A stretch of DNA of 64,000 nt from an uncultured Clostridia bacterium (GCA_934178555.1 CAKPQL010000003.1:13374-77373), one strand, 5' to 3'. Counted from the first letter of the stretch, positions 53,042 through 63,721 are shown. Program-made: numbers and translations. The notes: generated by a model not told the origin, from the sequence alone.

Positions 53042-54883
53042 ATGTGCGGAATAGTAGGATACGTAGGACAAAAAAAGGCAAGTCCTATATTAATTGATGG
53101 CCTTTTAAAACTAGAATACAGAGGATATGATTCAGCTGGTTTGTCAACTATAGAAGGGAATCATATTTCTAATATTAAAAATAAAGGAAGAGTAAAAGCT
53201 TTAGAATCATTACCAGAAATAGATACTTTAAGTGGAACTGTTGGAATTGCTCATACTAGATGGGCTACTCATGGTAAACCTTCTATTGTAAATTCTCATC
53301 CACATATGGACAATAGTAAAACTTTTAGTGTTGTTCACAATGGTATTATAGAAAATTTTAATGATTTAAAAACATTTTTAACAGAAAATGGTTATAACTT
53401 TTTATCTCAAACTGATACAGAAGTTATACCAAACTTAATACATTATTACTTTACTAAAGATATATTAAATGATGATAAGAAATTTTTAAGAGCAGTCCAA
53501 ACTGCTTGTAATCATTTGAGAGGAAGCTATGCAATAGGAGTTATATCATATTTATATCCAGATAAAATGATAGTAACAAGAAAAGATAGTCCTTTAGTAG
53601 TAGGTAACGGTATTAATGAAAATTATATTAGTTCAGATATTCCTGCAATTTTATCATTTACAAAAAATTTCTATCTTCTAAATGATAAAGAATATGTAGA
53701 ATTAACTAGCAATAGTGTTGAATTTTATGATAGCAATTTAAAACCTATAAATAAAGAAATTAAAAATATAGAATGGGATGCTACTGCTGCAGAAAAAGAT
53801 GGATATGAAGACTATATGCTAAAAGAAATTTACGAGCAACCTAAATCAATTAGAGAAACAATTGGTTCACGTATTAGAATAAATGAAAAATGCTACTTTG
53901 ACGATTTGCATTTTTCTAAAGAATATTTATCTAGCTTAAATAAAATATATATTGTAGCATGTGGTACAGCAATGCATGCAGGACTTGTAGCAAAAACATT
54001 AATAGAGCATCTATGTCAAATTCCTGTTGAAGTTGATATTGCATCTGAATTTAGATATAGAAATCCTATAATAAATGAAAAAACTTTAGCTATATATATT
54101 AGTCAATCCGGTGAAACTGCTGATACAATAGCTGCCTTAAAACTTGCAAAATCAAAAGGTGCAAAAACATTAGCAGTATCTAATGTTATAGGAAGTTCTA
54201 TAACGAGGGAAGCAGACTATACTATATACACTCATGCTGGTCCAGAAATAGCAGTTGCCTCAACTAAAGCATACACTTGTCAAGTTGTATTGCTTGCAAT
54301 ATTAGGAATATATATGGCAGAAACTTTGGAAAGTGCTGATTTAACTGTTTTAGAAAATCTAAAGCAAGAAATATTTGATCTTCCAAACAAAATGCAATTA
54401 GTACTTAAAAATGTGGAACCAATAAAAGAAATTGCAAAAAAAGTTGCTTTTGAAAAGGATATGTTCTTTATTGGAAGGGGTACAGATTATGCAGTATCTT
54501 TAGAAGGTTCTTTAAAATTAAAAGAAATTTCTTACATTCATTCAGAAGGATATGCCTCAGGAGAATTAAAGCACGGACCTATCGCATTAATAGAAGATGG
54601 TGTTACTGTTGTATCTGTAATCACAAATGAAGATTTAGTTGAAAAAAGTATTAGTAATATACAAGAAGTAGCCACTAGAGGTGCAAAAACATTTGTAATA
54701 ACAAACCAAGAATTAGATAAAGATAGATTTGATTTTGTAATAGAAATTCCAGAAGTAAACTCTTTAATATCTCCTGCAGTTTCTGTAATACCTCTACAAT
54801 TATTTTCTTACTATATTTCAAAAGAAAAAGGATTAGATGTAGATAAACCAAGAAACCTTGCAAAATCAGTAACAGTTGAATAG
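53042..54883 (+). CDS. glmS: glutamine--fructose-6-phosphate aminotransferase
   Basis: MCGIVGYVG N-terminal nucleophile Cys; two SIS domains; C-terminal ...AKSVTVE. Confidence 0.95.
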   Translation: MCGIVGYVGQKKASPILIDGLLKLEYRGYDSAGLSTIEGNHISNIKNKGRVKALESLPEIDTLSGTVGIAHTRWATHGKPSIVNSHPHMDNSKTFSVVHNGIIENFNDLKTFLTENGYNFLSQTDTEVIPNLIHYYFTKDILNDDKKFLRAVQTACNHLRGSYAIGVISYLYPDKMIVTRKDSPLVVGNGINENYISSDIPAILSFTKNFYLLNDKEYVELTSNSVEFYDSNLKPINKEIKNIEWDATAAEKDGYEDYMLKEIYEQPKSIRETIGSRIRINEKCYFDDLHFSKEYLSSLNKIYIVACGTAMHAGLVAKTLIEHLCQIPVEVDIASEFRYRNPIINEKTLAIYISQSGETADTIAALKLAKSKGAKTLAVSNVIGSSITREADYTIYTHAGPEIAVASTKAYTCQVVLLAILGIYMAETLESADLTVLENLKQEIFDLPNKMQLVLKNVEPIKEIAKKVAFEKDMFFIGRGTDYAVSLEGSLKLKEISYIHSEGYASGELKHGPIALIEDGVTVVSVITNEDLVEKSISNIQEVATRGAKTFVITNQELDKDRFDFVIEIPEVNSLISPAVSVIPLQLFSYYISKEKGLDVDKPRNLAKSVTVE

Positions 54884-54974
54884 AAATTTATAAGGGTACA
54901 CTTAAATGTACCCTTATATTTATTATTTTATAATATTTTGTAGCTTCTAATTCAATTACAGCTATATTAATATT

Positions 54975-55619
54975 TTACATTTCTCTTTCATCATCAAAAT
55001 CTCTGTTAGTTTCTGTTTGTGTTCTTTCATAATTATTATATACTTCATCTAATTTTACTGCATTTTTTTCATCCAAATGTAATTTCTGTAATCTATATAA
55101 CACATTTATATTATTGGCAAATTTAAGATTATCATGTAGCTGTGGATGTCTTTGCTTTAATTTTCTTGTATCCTCTATTAAATTAACTAACTCCCCTATG
55201 TTATTATAATCTATATCTTCTTCTCTTCTTTGTTGCATTATATACAAGCCTACTCCTGCCATCTTACTTAACGCATTATGAGAACCTTCATCATTAACCA
55301 ACGCTCTTCCTGAAATAGTAGCATCATATGTTTGTTTACATATCTGATAAACAAATTGATTTTCTTCTATACCACATCTTTCAAAATCTCCCTTACGCAA
55401 TTCCCATATGCTTTTTAATACATTTAAGTTAGCATTTTTTCCTTCAGAAATATATTCTCCAGCAATTAAAAATACATCTGTCATTTCATATGCATTAGGA
55501 TCTTTAGCCCATTCATAAAGTTCTCCATTTTCCTCTATCCATTTTTCTATTTTTTCTGCTCTTTGATCAAATTCTTTAACATTCATTTTATTATATTTCA
55601 TATGTTTTCTCACTTTCAT
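54975..55619 (-). CDS. hypothetical protein
   Basis: 214 aa, acidic, no recognisable motif. Confidence 0.45.
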   Translation of the reverse strand: MKVRKHMKYNKMNVKEFDQRAEKIEKWIEENGELYEWAKDPNAYEMTDVFLIAGEYISEGKNANLNVLKSIWELRKGDFERCGIEENQFVYQICKQTYDATISGRALVNDEGSHNALSKMAGVGLYIMQQRREEDIDYNNIGELVNLIEDTRKLKQRHPQLHDNLKFANNINVLYRLQKLHLDEKNAVKLDEVYNNYERTQTETNRDFDDEREM

Positions 55620-55683
55620 AACTATATTTTATATTTATTATATGTCTTATAAGCAAAAAAACACTGGATAAAATTTCTTGAAT

Positions 55684-55948
55684 TTATCCAAAAAAAATTT
55701 TTAAAATTATTAATAATAATGCTCCAGGAATTCCAAGTATACCAACAAATATAGCAGTAAATATATTTAATCCTATATGAAAGCCGTATCCGTGCCCCTA
55801 TTAAATTAATTACATAAATTAATACTCCTCCCAATAACGAATTAAATACTATTTTTAATATGGTTTTTAATGGTATTATTAAAATTCTTCCAAACAGGAA
55901 CAATGTTAAAATGCATGCTAAAAAAGTTATTGTTACATTTATGTCCAT
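55684..55948 (-). pseudogene. bofA: sigma-K processing regulator BofA, interrupted by +1 frameshift at in-frame CGG (55790-55792); apparent pseudogene or recoded CDS
   Basis: Start at 55948 after a GGAGG RBS. MDINVTITFL...IIPLKTILKIVFNSLLGGVLIYVINLIGA, then the coding strand reads GCA CGG ATA CGG CTT. Removing the C gives GGA TAC GGC TTT CAT ATA GGA... = GYGFHIGLNIFTAIFVGILGIPGALLLIILKIFFG* (BofA C-terminus). AGGGGG lies 2 nt upstream of the CGG. Confidence 0.7.
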
Positions 55949-56145
55949 TATTCGTCCTCCCATTATAATTATTATCTTTGTGCAAATTTCATACACTCTA
56001 CAATAATCATTATGCTGTACTATGGACAAATATTCCCTTATAAAAAAATCCCTTACAAAATTAACTGTAATGGAAAAAGGAAAATAAGATTATCCTTCTG
56101 AAGTAGCCCAATCTCCATGGAAAACCATAACATCTTTAAACTGTT

Positions 56146-56427
56146 TTATACAGCATCTTCTATAGAAATTGCATTTATCATATCTAAAACTAATCCCTTT
56201 TTCTTAACTTTTTTTATTAGATAATCTAGTTTTGCTTGCAATGATTTAATTTGATATGAATAACAATCAATTAACTCTGCTTCTGCATATTCGAAATTTT
56301 TATTTGCATTAGCCAATTCAATTTTCGTTTTAATTATACTTCTTATTAAATCCTTGTCCGTCTCTTCCTTACTCTTTTCTAAAATTTTCGTTTCTTTTAT
56401 ATATTTATCTATATATTTATCACTCAT
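56146..56427 (-). CDS. YaaL-like DUF2508 protein
   Basis: 93 aa. Similar to the B. subtilis yaaL-bofA arrangement, with bofA immediately downstream. Confidence 0.45.
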   Translation of the reverse strand: MSDKYIDKYIKETKILEKSKEETDKDLIRSIIKTKIELANANKNFEYAEAELIDCYSYQIKSLQAKLDYLIKKVKKKGLVLDMINAISIEDAV

Positions 56428-56552
56428 TCACATCTCTCCCATTTTTTCTATTATTATTATATTCATTGATAATTGTGTTTATTCAATTTTTCCTTGCAAA
56501 ATATACAATTTTATAGTAAACTGTTATCATATTTGTTTAAGGAGGTACTTTA

Positions 56553-56806
56553 TGGAAAATGTATTAATTGGTAAAGTTTATAGACATTTTAAAGGCAACT
56601 ATTATTTTGTAAAAGATGTAGCATTAGATAGCGAAACAAAGGAAAGAATGGTAGTATACTCGCCTTTATATGATAGAGAAGATTCAATGACTTGGGTACG
56701 TCCTGAAAAAATGTTCTTGGAAATAATCCCAGAAAGATCAGACAATGTTACTGGACAAAAGCATAGATTTGAATTAGTTACAGACATATGTAAATCTTAT
56801 TTTTAA
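56553..56806 (+). CDS. DUF1653 family protein
   Basis: ATG at 56553 after an AAGGAGG RBS. GKVYRHFKGNYYFV...ETKERMVVYSPLY...WVRPEKMF matches the DUF1653 signature. Confidence 0.55.
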
Positions 56807-56854
56807 AAGTAATAGTACTTTGTAATATATTTAATGTTTGAAAGGAAGATTTTT

Positions 56855-58138
56855 ATGATAGATATAAAATTAATTAGAGAAAATCCTGAAATGGTAAAAG
56901 AAAACATAAAGAAAAAATTTCAAAACCACAAACTTGCCTTAGTTGATGAAGTTCTAGAATTAGATAAATTAAATAGAACTACAAAATTAAAAGGTGACGA
57001 ACTTAGAATGAGCAGAAACAATCTAAGTAACCAAATTGGTATGCTTATGAGGGAAGGAAAAAAAGACGAAGCTGAAAATGTAAAAAAGCAAGTAAACGAT
57101 ATAAATAAGCAATTAGAAGAAAATGAACAACTAGAAGAAAAGTATGCAAATGATATCAAAAATATAATGATGAAAATCCCAAATATTATAGATGATTCTG
57201 TACCTATAGGAAAAGATGATACTGAAAATGTAGAAGTTCAAAAATATGGAGAACCTGTTGTTCCAAATTACGAAATACCATATCACACAGAAATTATGGA
57301 AAATTTATGCGGAATAGATTTAGATTCTGCTCGTAGAGTAGCAGGTCAAGGGTTTTACTATCTAATGGGAGATATAGCAAGACTTCATTCTGCAGTAATT
57401 ACTTATGCTAGAGATTTTATGATTAACAAAGGATTTACATATTGTATTCCTCCATTTATGATTAGAAGCGACGTTGTTACAGGTGTTATGAGCTTCGAGG
57501 AAATGGATGCAATGATGTACAAAATAGAAGGAGAAGACTTATATTTAATTGGTACAAGCGAACACTCTATGATAGGCAAATTCAAAGACCAAATTCTTCA
57601 AAAAGCAGATTTACCATATACAATGACTTCTTATTCTCCTTGTTTTAGAAAAGAAAAAGGTGCTCATGGTTTAGAAGAACGTGGTGTTTACCGTATACAT
57701 CAATTTGAAAAACAAGAAATGATAGTTGTTTGTGAACCAGAAGATAGTTATGATTGGTATAATAAAATGTGGTCTTATACCGTTGAATTATTTAGAAGTT
57801 TAGACATACCAGTTCGTACTTTAGAATGTTGTTCTGGAGATTTAGCTGATTTAAAAGCAAAAAGTGTTGATGTTGAGGCTTGGAGTCCTAGACAAAAGAA
57901 ATATTTTGAAGTTGGTAGTTGTTCTAATTTAACTGATGCTCAAAGCAGACGTCTTGGAATTCGTGTAAAGGGAGAAAAAGGAAATTACTATGCACATACA
58001 TTAAATAATACTGTAATTGCGCCACCAAGAATGTTAATTGCCTTCCTTGAAAACAACTATAATGAAGATGGAAGTATTAATATTCCAGAAGTTTTAAGAC
58101 CATACATGGGTGGAATTGATAAAATTGTAAGAAAATAA
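56855..58138 (+). CDS. serS: seryl-tRNA synthetase
   Basis: MIDIKLIRENPE N-terminal coiled-coil arm and class II catalytic core; start at the internal Met with an AAGGAAG RBS. Confidence 0.95.
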   Translation: MIDIKLIRENPEMVKENIKKKFQNHKLALVDEVLELDKLNRTTKLKGDELRMSRNNLSNQIGMLMREGKKDEAENVKKQVNDINKQLEENEQLEEKYANDIKNIMMKIPNIIDDSVPIGKDDTENVEVQKYGEPVVPNYEIPYHTEIMENLCGIDLDSARRVAGQGFYYLMGDIARLHSAVITYARDFMINKGFTYCIPPFMIRSDVVTGVMSFEEMDAMMYKIEGEDLYLIGTSEHSMIGKFKDQILQKADLPYTMTSYSPCFRKEKGAHGLEERGVYRIHQFEKQEMIVVCEPEDSYDWYNKMWSYTVELFRSLDIPVRTLECCSGDLADLKAKSVDVEAWSPRQKKYFEVGSCSNLTDAQSRRLGIRVKGEKGNYYAHTLNNTVIAPPRMLIAFLENNYNEDGSINIPEVLRPYMGGIDKIVRK

Positions 58139-58171
58139 GAATTATATTAGATATTTTTTAACAATTTACCT

Positions 58172-58205
58172 GTAGAGGTCGGCGTCCTTAGCCGACTCAT
58201 TTTTA
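58172..58205 (+). repeat. GC-rich palindromic repeat copy 2, doubling as the serS terminator
   Basis: GTAGAGGTCGGCGTCCTTAGCCGACTC (stem gaggtcggc/gccgactc) followed by ATTTTTAAT. Shares TGTAGrGGnCGGCGTCC with copies at 21446 and 59128. Confidence 0.5.
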
Positions 58206-58228
58206 ATAATTTATAAGGAGAAAAATTA

Positions 58229-58808
58229 ATGCAAGTTAAAAATCCAAAATTTGAAATATCTGCAGTAAGCCCAAAACAATATCCAAAATCAAATTTACCT
58301 GAAATAGTTTTAGTTGGAAAATCTAATGTCGGAAAGTCTTCTTTTATAAATACTATGATAAATAGAAAAGCATTGGCTAGAACTAGTAGTGAACCTGGAA
58401 AAACAAGACAAATTAACTTTTATAATATAGATAATTCATTTTATTTTGTAGATTTACCACGGATATGGATTTAGCAAAATGTCTAAAGCAGAACAAGAGC
58501 GTGTTGGAACTTTTATAGAACAATATTTATCTACTAGAAATAATATTTCTCTTATTATTTTCCTAGTAGATATTAGACACGCCCCTACTGAAAATGATTT
58601 ATTAATGTATGACTATGTTTTAAAAACAAATTTACCTTTCGTTGTATTATGCAATAAAGCAGATAAACTTGCCCCTACAAAAATTCAATCTTATGTGGAT
58701 AATATAAAACAACACTTTGGAATTTCTTATAGTCCTATTTATCCATTTTCTTCTGAAAAGAAAGTATATACAGAAGATGTTTGGAAAAAAATTGAGGAAT
58801 ATATATAG
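58229..58808 (+). pseudogene. engB: ribosome-biogenesis GTPase EngB/YsxC, interrupted by +1 frameshift at in-frame CGG (58460-58462); apparent pseudogene or recoded CDS
   Basis: Walker [10 protein letters not shown]. The ORF ends ...[26 protein letters not shown] should read TTA CCA GGA TAT GGA TTT AGC AAA ATG = ...[27 protein letters not shown]... 580 nt = 193 codons + 1. Confidence 0.8.
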
Positions 58809-58908
58809 TATATAAAAATACGGAACTTTTGGTTTAGGCTTTTTGAGAACCAATCTCAAATTACCTTAATACAAAACTTCCGTCTATTTTTATACTGCAA
58901 TAAATTTA

Positions 58909-59094
58909 TCAATTATCTTTTTCTTGCTTCCCTATTATCATTTTTAATGCTTTTGGTCGTTCTACAATGATTATATGTCCACACCCACAGCATTTTAGTT
59001 TGAAATCTACCCCTACACGAGTAAGTTCCCATAATTTGCTTCCACATGGGTGTTGTTTTTTTAGTTTTACAATATCTCCTATATTGTATTCCAT
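58909..59094 (-). CDS. DUF951 family protein
   Basis: MEYNIGDIVKLKKQHPCGSKLWELTRVGVDFKLKCCGCGH..., a DUF951-like Zn-ribbon small protein. Confidence 0.55.
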   Translation of the reverse strand: MEYNIGDIVKLKKQHPCGSKLWELTRVGVDFKLKCCGCGHIIIVERPKALKMIIGKQEKDN

Positions 59095-59127
59095 ATTTTC
59101 CTCCTGGAAATGACATTTTATTATGGG

Positions 59128-59155
59128 TAGTTGAGACGCCGTCCCCTACAACATT
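59128..59155 (-). repeat. GC-rich repeat copy 3 (reverse orientation)
   Basis: The minus strand reads TGTAGGGGACGGCGTCTCAACTACCC. Lies in the intergenic region between gltX and the DUF951 gene. Confidence 0.45.
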
Positions 59156-59170
59156 TGCAATATGTTTTAT

Positions 59171-60808
59171 CTATCTCATGGCTACATTTATTCTTTTTTC
59201 TACTCTATCTTTTCCTAATACTTGCATTATTTCATATAAATCTGGTGTATTTTGTCTTCCTGTAACAGCAACTCTTATTACTGTGCTTATATCTCCTACA
59301 TGTCCTTTATATGCTTCTGGATTTTGTTTATATTCTTTTACTTCTCTTGCATATCCAACAGCTTCAGCCAAATCTTTCATTTTATCAAACCACATTTGTT
59401 TATCATCTGATATGTCAAAATACTTTTCTACATATAATTTTAAAATTTTATTAATATCTTCTTTGTCTATTGTATCTGGATAAGTATATTCTATTTGTTC
59501 TCCATCATACATATAACAAATATTATTTTTTATCTCTGACCATTTTGATATGTCTTTTCTAGGTTTTTTATTTCCTCTTTCTATTGAAAATACTTTTATT
59601 GCATAGTCTTTATCATTCAATAATTGTTCTAAATCTTTATCATATTTTTTTGCCCATATATATGCATTTTCATACACTTCTTCTGCTGTCATTTTTGATA
59701 TAACAATTTTTGATACATCCAATAATTTTACCATATCGAATAAAGCACCGCTAACACCCATTTTATTCAATTGAAGGTCAAATTCTTCTATTTTCTTGTC
59801 TGGATTTGCTCTTCTCCAGTTTTCAAAATTTGAATTTGCTATATTTAATAAGTATTCTTTTACCGCTAATTCTGGTATTCCTTCTTCTTCATAATAACTT
59901 ACTGCTGCTTCTGGATCTTTTCTTTTGCTTAATTTTCTCTTGTTTCCTTCGTCATTTTTCATAATAGGTGCAATGTGTGCATACTTTGGTGGCTTAAAGC
60001 CTAACTCTTGAAATAATTGTAAATGCAATGGAACTGAAGATAACCATTCGTCCCCTCTTATTACATGAGTTGTTCTCATTAAGTGATCGTCAATTGCATG
60101 TGCAAAATGATATGTAGGAAGTCCATCTGCTTTTATTATTACTATATCTTGGTCATTTTCTGGGAATTCTACATTTCCTTTTATTACATCCTTATGTTTT
60201 ATTTTTCTGTCTTCCCTACCTTGTGATTTAAATCTTATAATGTAGTTTTCACCATTTTTTATTTTTTCTATCGCTTCACCAATTGGTAAATTTCTATATT
60301 TAGCCCATACACCATAATATCCAGGTCTTACTTTTGCAGCTTCTTGCTTTGCTCTTATTTCATCGACTTCTTCTGATGTACAGAAACATGGATATGCTTT
60401 TCCTTGTTCTATTAAATATTTAGCATATGCCTGGTAAATTTCTGCTCTTTGGCTTTGCTTATAAGGTCCATAATTTCCATTACTTTCTTCATTTGATATC
60501 ATTCCTTCATCAGCTTCAAGTCCAAACTTTTTTAAAGCATTTATAATTTCTGTTACTCCATTTTCTATTTCCCTTTTTTGGTCTGTGTCTTCAACTCTTA
60601 AAAAGAATACTCCATTTGTTTGTTTAGCTACTTTCATTGCTATTAAGGCTTGATACAATCCTCCTATATGCATAAACCCTGTTGGGCTTGGTGCATATCT
60701 AGTAACTATTGCTCCTTCTGGTAAATTTCTTTCTGGATATTTCTCTTCATAATATGATATTTCCCTTGCATTTGGAAATATTAAATCTGCTAATTCTTTA
60801 TTGTTCAT
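59171..60808 (-). CDS. gltX: glutamyl-tRNA synthetase
   Basis: TRYAPSPTGFMHIGG (HIGH-class motif) and KLSKRK (KMSKS-class). Confidence 0.9.
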   Translation of the reverse strand: MNNKELADLIFPNAREISYYEEKYPERNLPEGAIVTRYAPSPTGFMHIGGLYQALIAMKVAKQTNGVFFLRVEDTDQKREIENGVTEIINALKKFGLEADEGMISNEESNGNYGPYKQSQRAEIYQAYAKYLIEQGKAYPCFCTSEEVDEIRAKQEAAKVRPGYYGVWAKYRNLPIGEAIEKIKNGENYIIRFKSQGREDRKIKHKDVIKGNVEFPENDQDIVIIKADGLPTYHFAHAIDDHLMRTTHVIRGDEWLSSVPLHLQLFQELGFKPPKYAHIAPIMKNDEGNKRKLSKRKDPEAAVSYYEEEGIPELAVKEYLLNIANSNFENWRRANPDKKIEEFDLQLNKMGVSGALFDMVKLLDVSKIVISKMTAEEVYENAYIWAKKYDKDLEQLLNDKDYAIKVFSIERGNKKPRKDISKWSEIKNNICYMYDGEQIEYTYPDTIDKEDINKILKLYVEKYFDISDDKQMWFDKMKDLAEAVGYAREVKEYKQNPEAYKGHVGDISTVIRVAVTGRQNTPDLYEIMQVLGKDRVEKRINVAMR

Positions 60809-61472
60809 GTTCTCCTCCTTCTATATTCTCTATAATACCTTTTTCTATTAAAAATAATCTTATTGCACGGTTTACATAGGCACTTTGAGTTCCTTCTTTT
60901 ATGTAATTACTAATATCATCATCAAAAAAATACTTTATTTTATATGATTCTAAAATTTTATTCTTATCACAGCTTCTTCGATATCTTGCTTGTAACCTAT
61001 TCAATAACTCGGAATATCTAAATAAAAGTTCTTCTGTATCATCCAACTTTAATCCCAACTGAGTTGAAACATCTTCTATTCTTTCTCCATTTGATATTTT
61101 TTTAAAAATTTGTTGTGCACATTTGTAAAACTCCTCATAATATTCTTTTGAATAATGTTTTTTTCTATCTGTATCAATAGACATACTATTTTTTATAAAA
61201 CCTACTAATCTATTTCCCATATTTAATTTAGCACCTGCAGAAGTAATGTTTTTACTGGTTTTTATTACTTCTATCGTATTCTGCAGATTTTCTACTTCCA
61301 ATTGTTTTACATCTAAATCTAGCAAATCACTTATTGCATATATACTTATTCCATATTCTTCTTTGATTTCAATATATGTCAATTCTCTATTTTTAGCTAT
61401 ATTATATATTTCTTTTAAAGTATCAGATAATTTGTCAATTGTCATCTTTTTTTCTTCATTTTCAATTTCCAT
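60798..61472 (-). CDS. hypothetical protein
   Basis: 224 aa, charged/helical; no confident family. Confidence 0.45.
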   Translation of the reverse strand: MEIENEEKKMTIDKLSDTLKEIYNIAKNRELTYIEIKEEYGISIYAISDLLDLDVKQLEVENLQNTIEVIKTSKNITSAGAKLNMGNRLVGFIKNSMSIDTDRKKHYSKEYYEEFYKCAQQIFKKISNGERIEDVSTQLGLKLDDTEELLFRYSELLNRLQARYRRSCDKNKILESYKIKYFFDDDISNYIKEGTQSAYVNRAIRLFLIEKGIIENIEGGEHEQ

Positions 61473-61501
61473 AACTATCTCCTTAATAAATATATATTTT
61501 A

Positions 61502-63280
61502 TTATACCTCCATTATAATTGGTAGAATCATTGGATTACGTTTGGTTTTTTGGTACACGTAATCTCTTAAATTATCTTTTAATGCAGATTTTATTGTTGC
61601 CCAATCGCGTATTTTTTTCTCTCCACATTTTCTTATTTCTTCTCTAACCACTTTTTTTACATCATCCATTAAATTTTCAGATTCTCTTACATATACAAAT
61701 CCTCTTGAAATAACATCAGGTCCTGCAATAACTTCTCCTGTTGAATCCATTGTTAAAACTATTATTATTAATCCATCTTGTGATAGATGTTGTCTATCTC
61801 TTAATACTATATTTCCAACATCACCAACACCTAGTCCATCTACCATTATTTTTCCAAATGGAACTGTTCCTGCAAGTTTTGCTGTATTTTCTCCTAATTC
61901 TAGTATTCTACCATTTGTTAGCATAAATATGTTTTCCGCTTCTACTCCAACCATTTTTGCTGTATCAGCATGTGCTATCAATTGTCTATATTCACCATGA
62001 ACTGGTATAAAATATTTTGGTTTAACTAAAGATATAAGCAATTTTTGCTCTTCTTGACATGCATGTCCAGAAACATGTACATCTGCTAAAGAACTATATA
62101 CAACTTCTGCTCCTATTTTCATTAAATCATCTATTACTTTTGAAACAAACTTTTCATTTCCTGGAATTGGTGTTGCAGAAATTATAACTAAATCGTTTGG
62201 AGTTATTTCAACCTTTTTATGATCACCTGTTGCCATTCTAGTTAAGGCAGACATAGGTTCACCTTGACTTCCAGTAGTTATAATAACCAATCTCTCATCA
62301 GGATAAGATTTTATCATATCTATATCTATAAATATATCATCTGGCGCTTGTATATATCCTAATTTTTTAGCAGTTTCTATCATGTTTATCATACTTCTTC
62401 CACACACTGCTATTTTTCTATTGTTTTCCATAGCCGAATTAACTATTTGCTGAACTCTATGAACGTTTGATGCAAACGTTGCTACAACAATTCTCTTTGT
62501 ACAATTTACAAAAAGCTTATCAAAAACCTGTCCTACAGATCTTTCGGACATTGTATATCCTTTTCTTTCTGAGTTTGTACTATCTGCAAGTAATGCTAAA
62601 ACTCCTTTATTTCCTAATTCTGCAAGTCTTCCTAAATCCATTCTCTCGCCATCTATAGGAGTATAATCTATTTTAAAATCTCCTGAGTGTACAACAGTTC
62701 CAACTGGTGTGTGAATTGCAAACATAACTGAATCTGGTATACTATGGCAACTTCTTATAAATTCTACTTTCATTGCCCCAACATTTATAATCTGTCCTTG
62801 TTTTACTGTTTTTAATTTTGTTTTCCTTAATAATTTATGCTCTTCCAATTTATTTTCTATTAATCCTACTGTAAGAGCTGTAGCATATATAGGCACATCT
62901 ATCTGCTTTAAGAAATACGGAATAGCTCCTATGTGGTCTTCATGCCCATGAGTAATGAACATTCCTCTTATTTTATCTTTGTTTTTCTCTAAATAAGTTA
63001 TATCTGGTATAACTAAATCTATTCCTAACATATCATCTTCTGGAAAAGCAAGCCCACAATCAACTATTATTATATCGTTTTCATATTCAAACACTGTCAT
63101 GTTTTTTCCTATTTCCAATAATCCGCCTAATGGTATTATTTTTAAATTGCTCTTCTTAAATTTCACTTGTGATTGCTTTTCTAACTTGTTCTTTTTTTCT
63201 CTTGTTCTAGTATTAGTCCTCCTATAATTGTTTTTATATTCTTTTTTTGGTTGCTCTTTTGTATCTAACTTTTCTTCCAT
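61502..63280 (-). CDS. rnj: ribonuclease J (metallo-beta-lactamase/beta-CASP) with Lys/Arg-rich N-terminal extension
   Basis: HGHEDHIGAIPYFL motif, beta-CASP and C-terminal domain. About 45 aa basic N-terminal extension (KKEYKNNYRRTNTRTREKKNK). Confidence 0.9.
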   Translation of the reverse strand: MEEKLDTKEQPKKEYKNNYRRTNTRTREKKNKLEKQSQVKFKKSNLKIIPLGGLLEIGKNMTVFEYENDIIIVDCGLAFPEDDMLGIDLVIPDITYLEKNKDKIRGMFITHGHEDHIGAIPYFLKQIDVPIYATALTVGLIENKLEEHKLLRKTKLKTVKQGQIINVGAMKVEFIRSCHSIPDSVMFAIHTPVGTVVHSGDFKIDYTPIDGERMDLGRLAELGNKGVLALLADSTNSERKGYTMSERSVGQVFDKLFVNCTKRIVVATFASNVHRVQQIVNSAMENNRKIAVCGRSMINMIETAKKLGYIQAPDDIFIDIDMIKSYPDERLVIITTGSQGEPMSALTRMATGDHKKVEITPNDLVIISATPIPGNEKFVSKVIDDLMKIGAEVVYSSLADVHVSGHACQEEQKLLISLVKPKYFIPVHGEYRQLIAHADTAKMVGVEAENIFMLTNGRILELGENTAKLAGTVPFGKIMVDGLGVGDVGNIVLRDRQHLSQDGLIIIVLTMDSTGEVIAGPDVISRGFVYVRESENLMDDVKKVVREEIRKCGEKKIRDWATIKSALKDNLRDYVYQKTKRNPMILPIIMEV

Positions 63281-63721
63281 TTTATTATCATTTCCTTTCT
63301 TGTTCTCTCCTTATTTATGTTACACTAAAAAATTAGTTTAAAAATTTAAACTAATGATTCTTCTATTAATTTATAACTCTCTTGCAGATTACAGCGGAAT
63401 AATAAATTTAGCTTAACTAACAATTAAACTTTTAAACTTTAATAATCTCTTCTCTTCTTTATATATTTTTTTCCGACACACAAAAATAACACTTATTTCA
63501 TCTTTATATGTAAAATCCGCACACTACTAAAAATAACACACCAAAATATTTCTAGTATATAAGATAATTTTTCCGAATCACATTTTTTTATACATAAATC
63601 TCTTCTTTACCATTTTAGGTAATTGGTAATGATATTATATTATCTAATTGTTGATTTGTCAATAGTTCCAAATTTAGCAAAAATGACTATATATTATTAC
63701 CTAATATATAGTCATTTTTTA

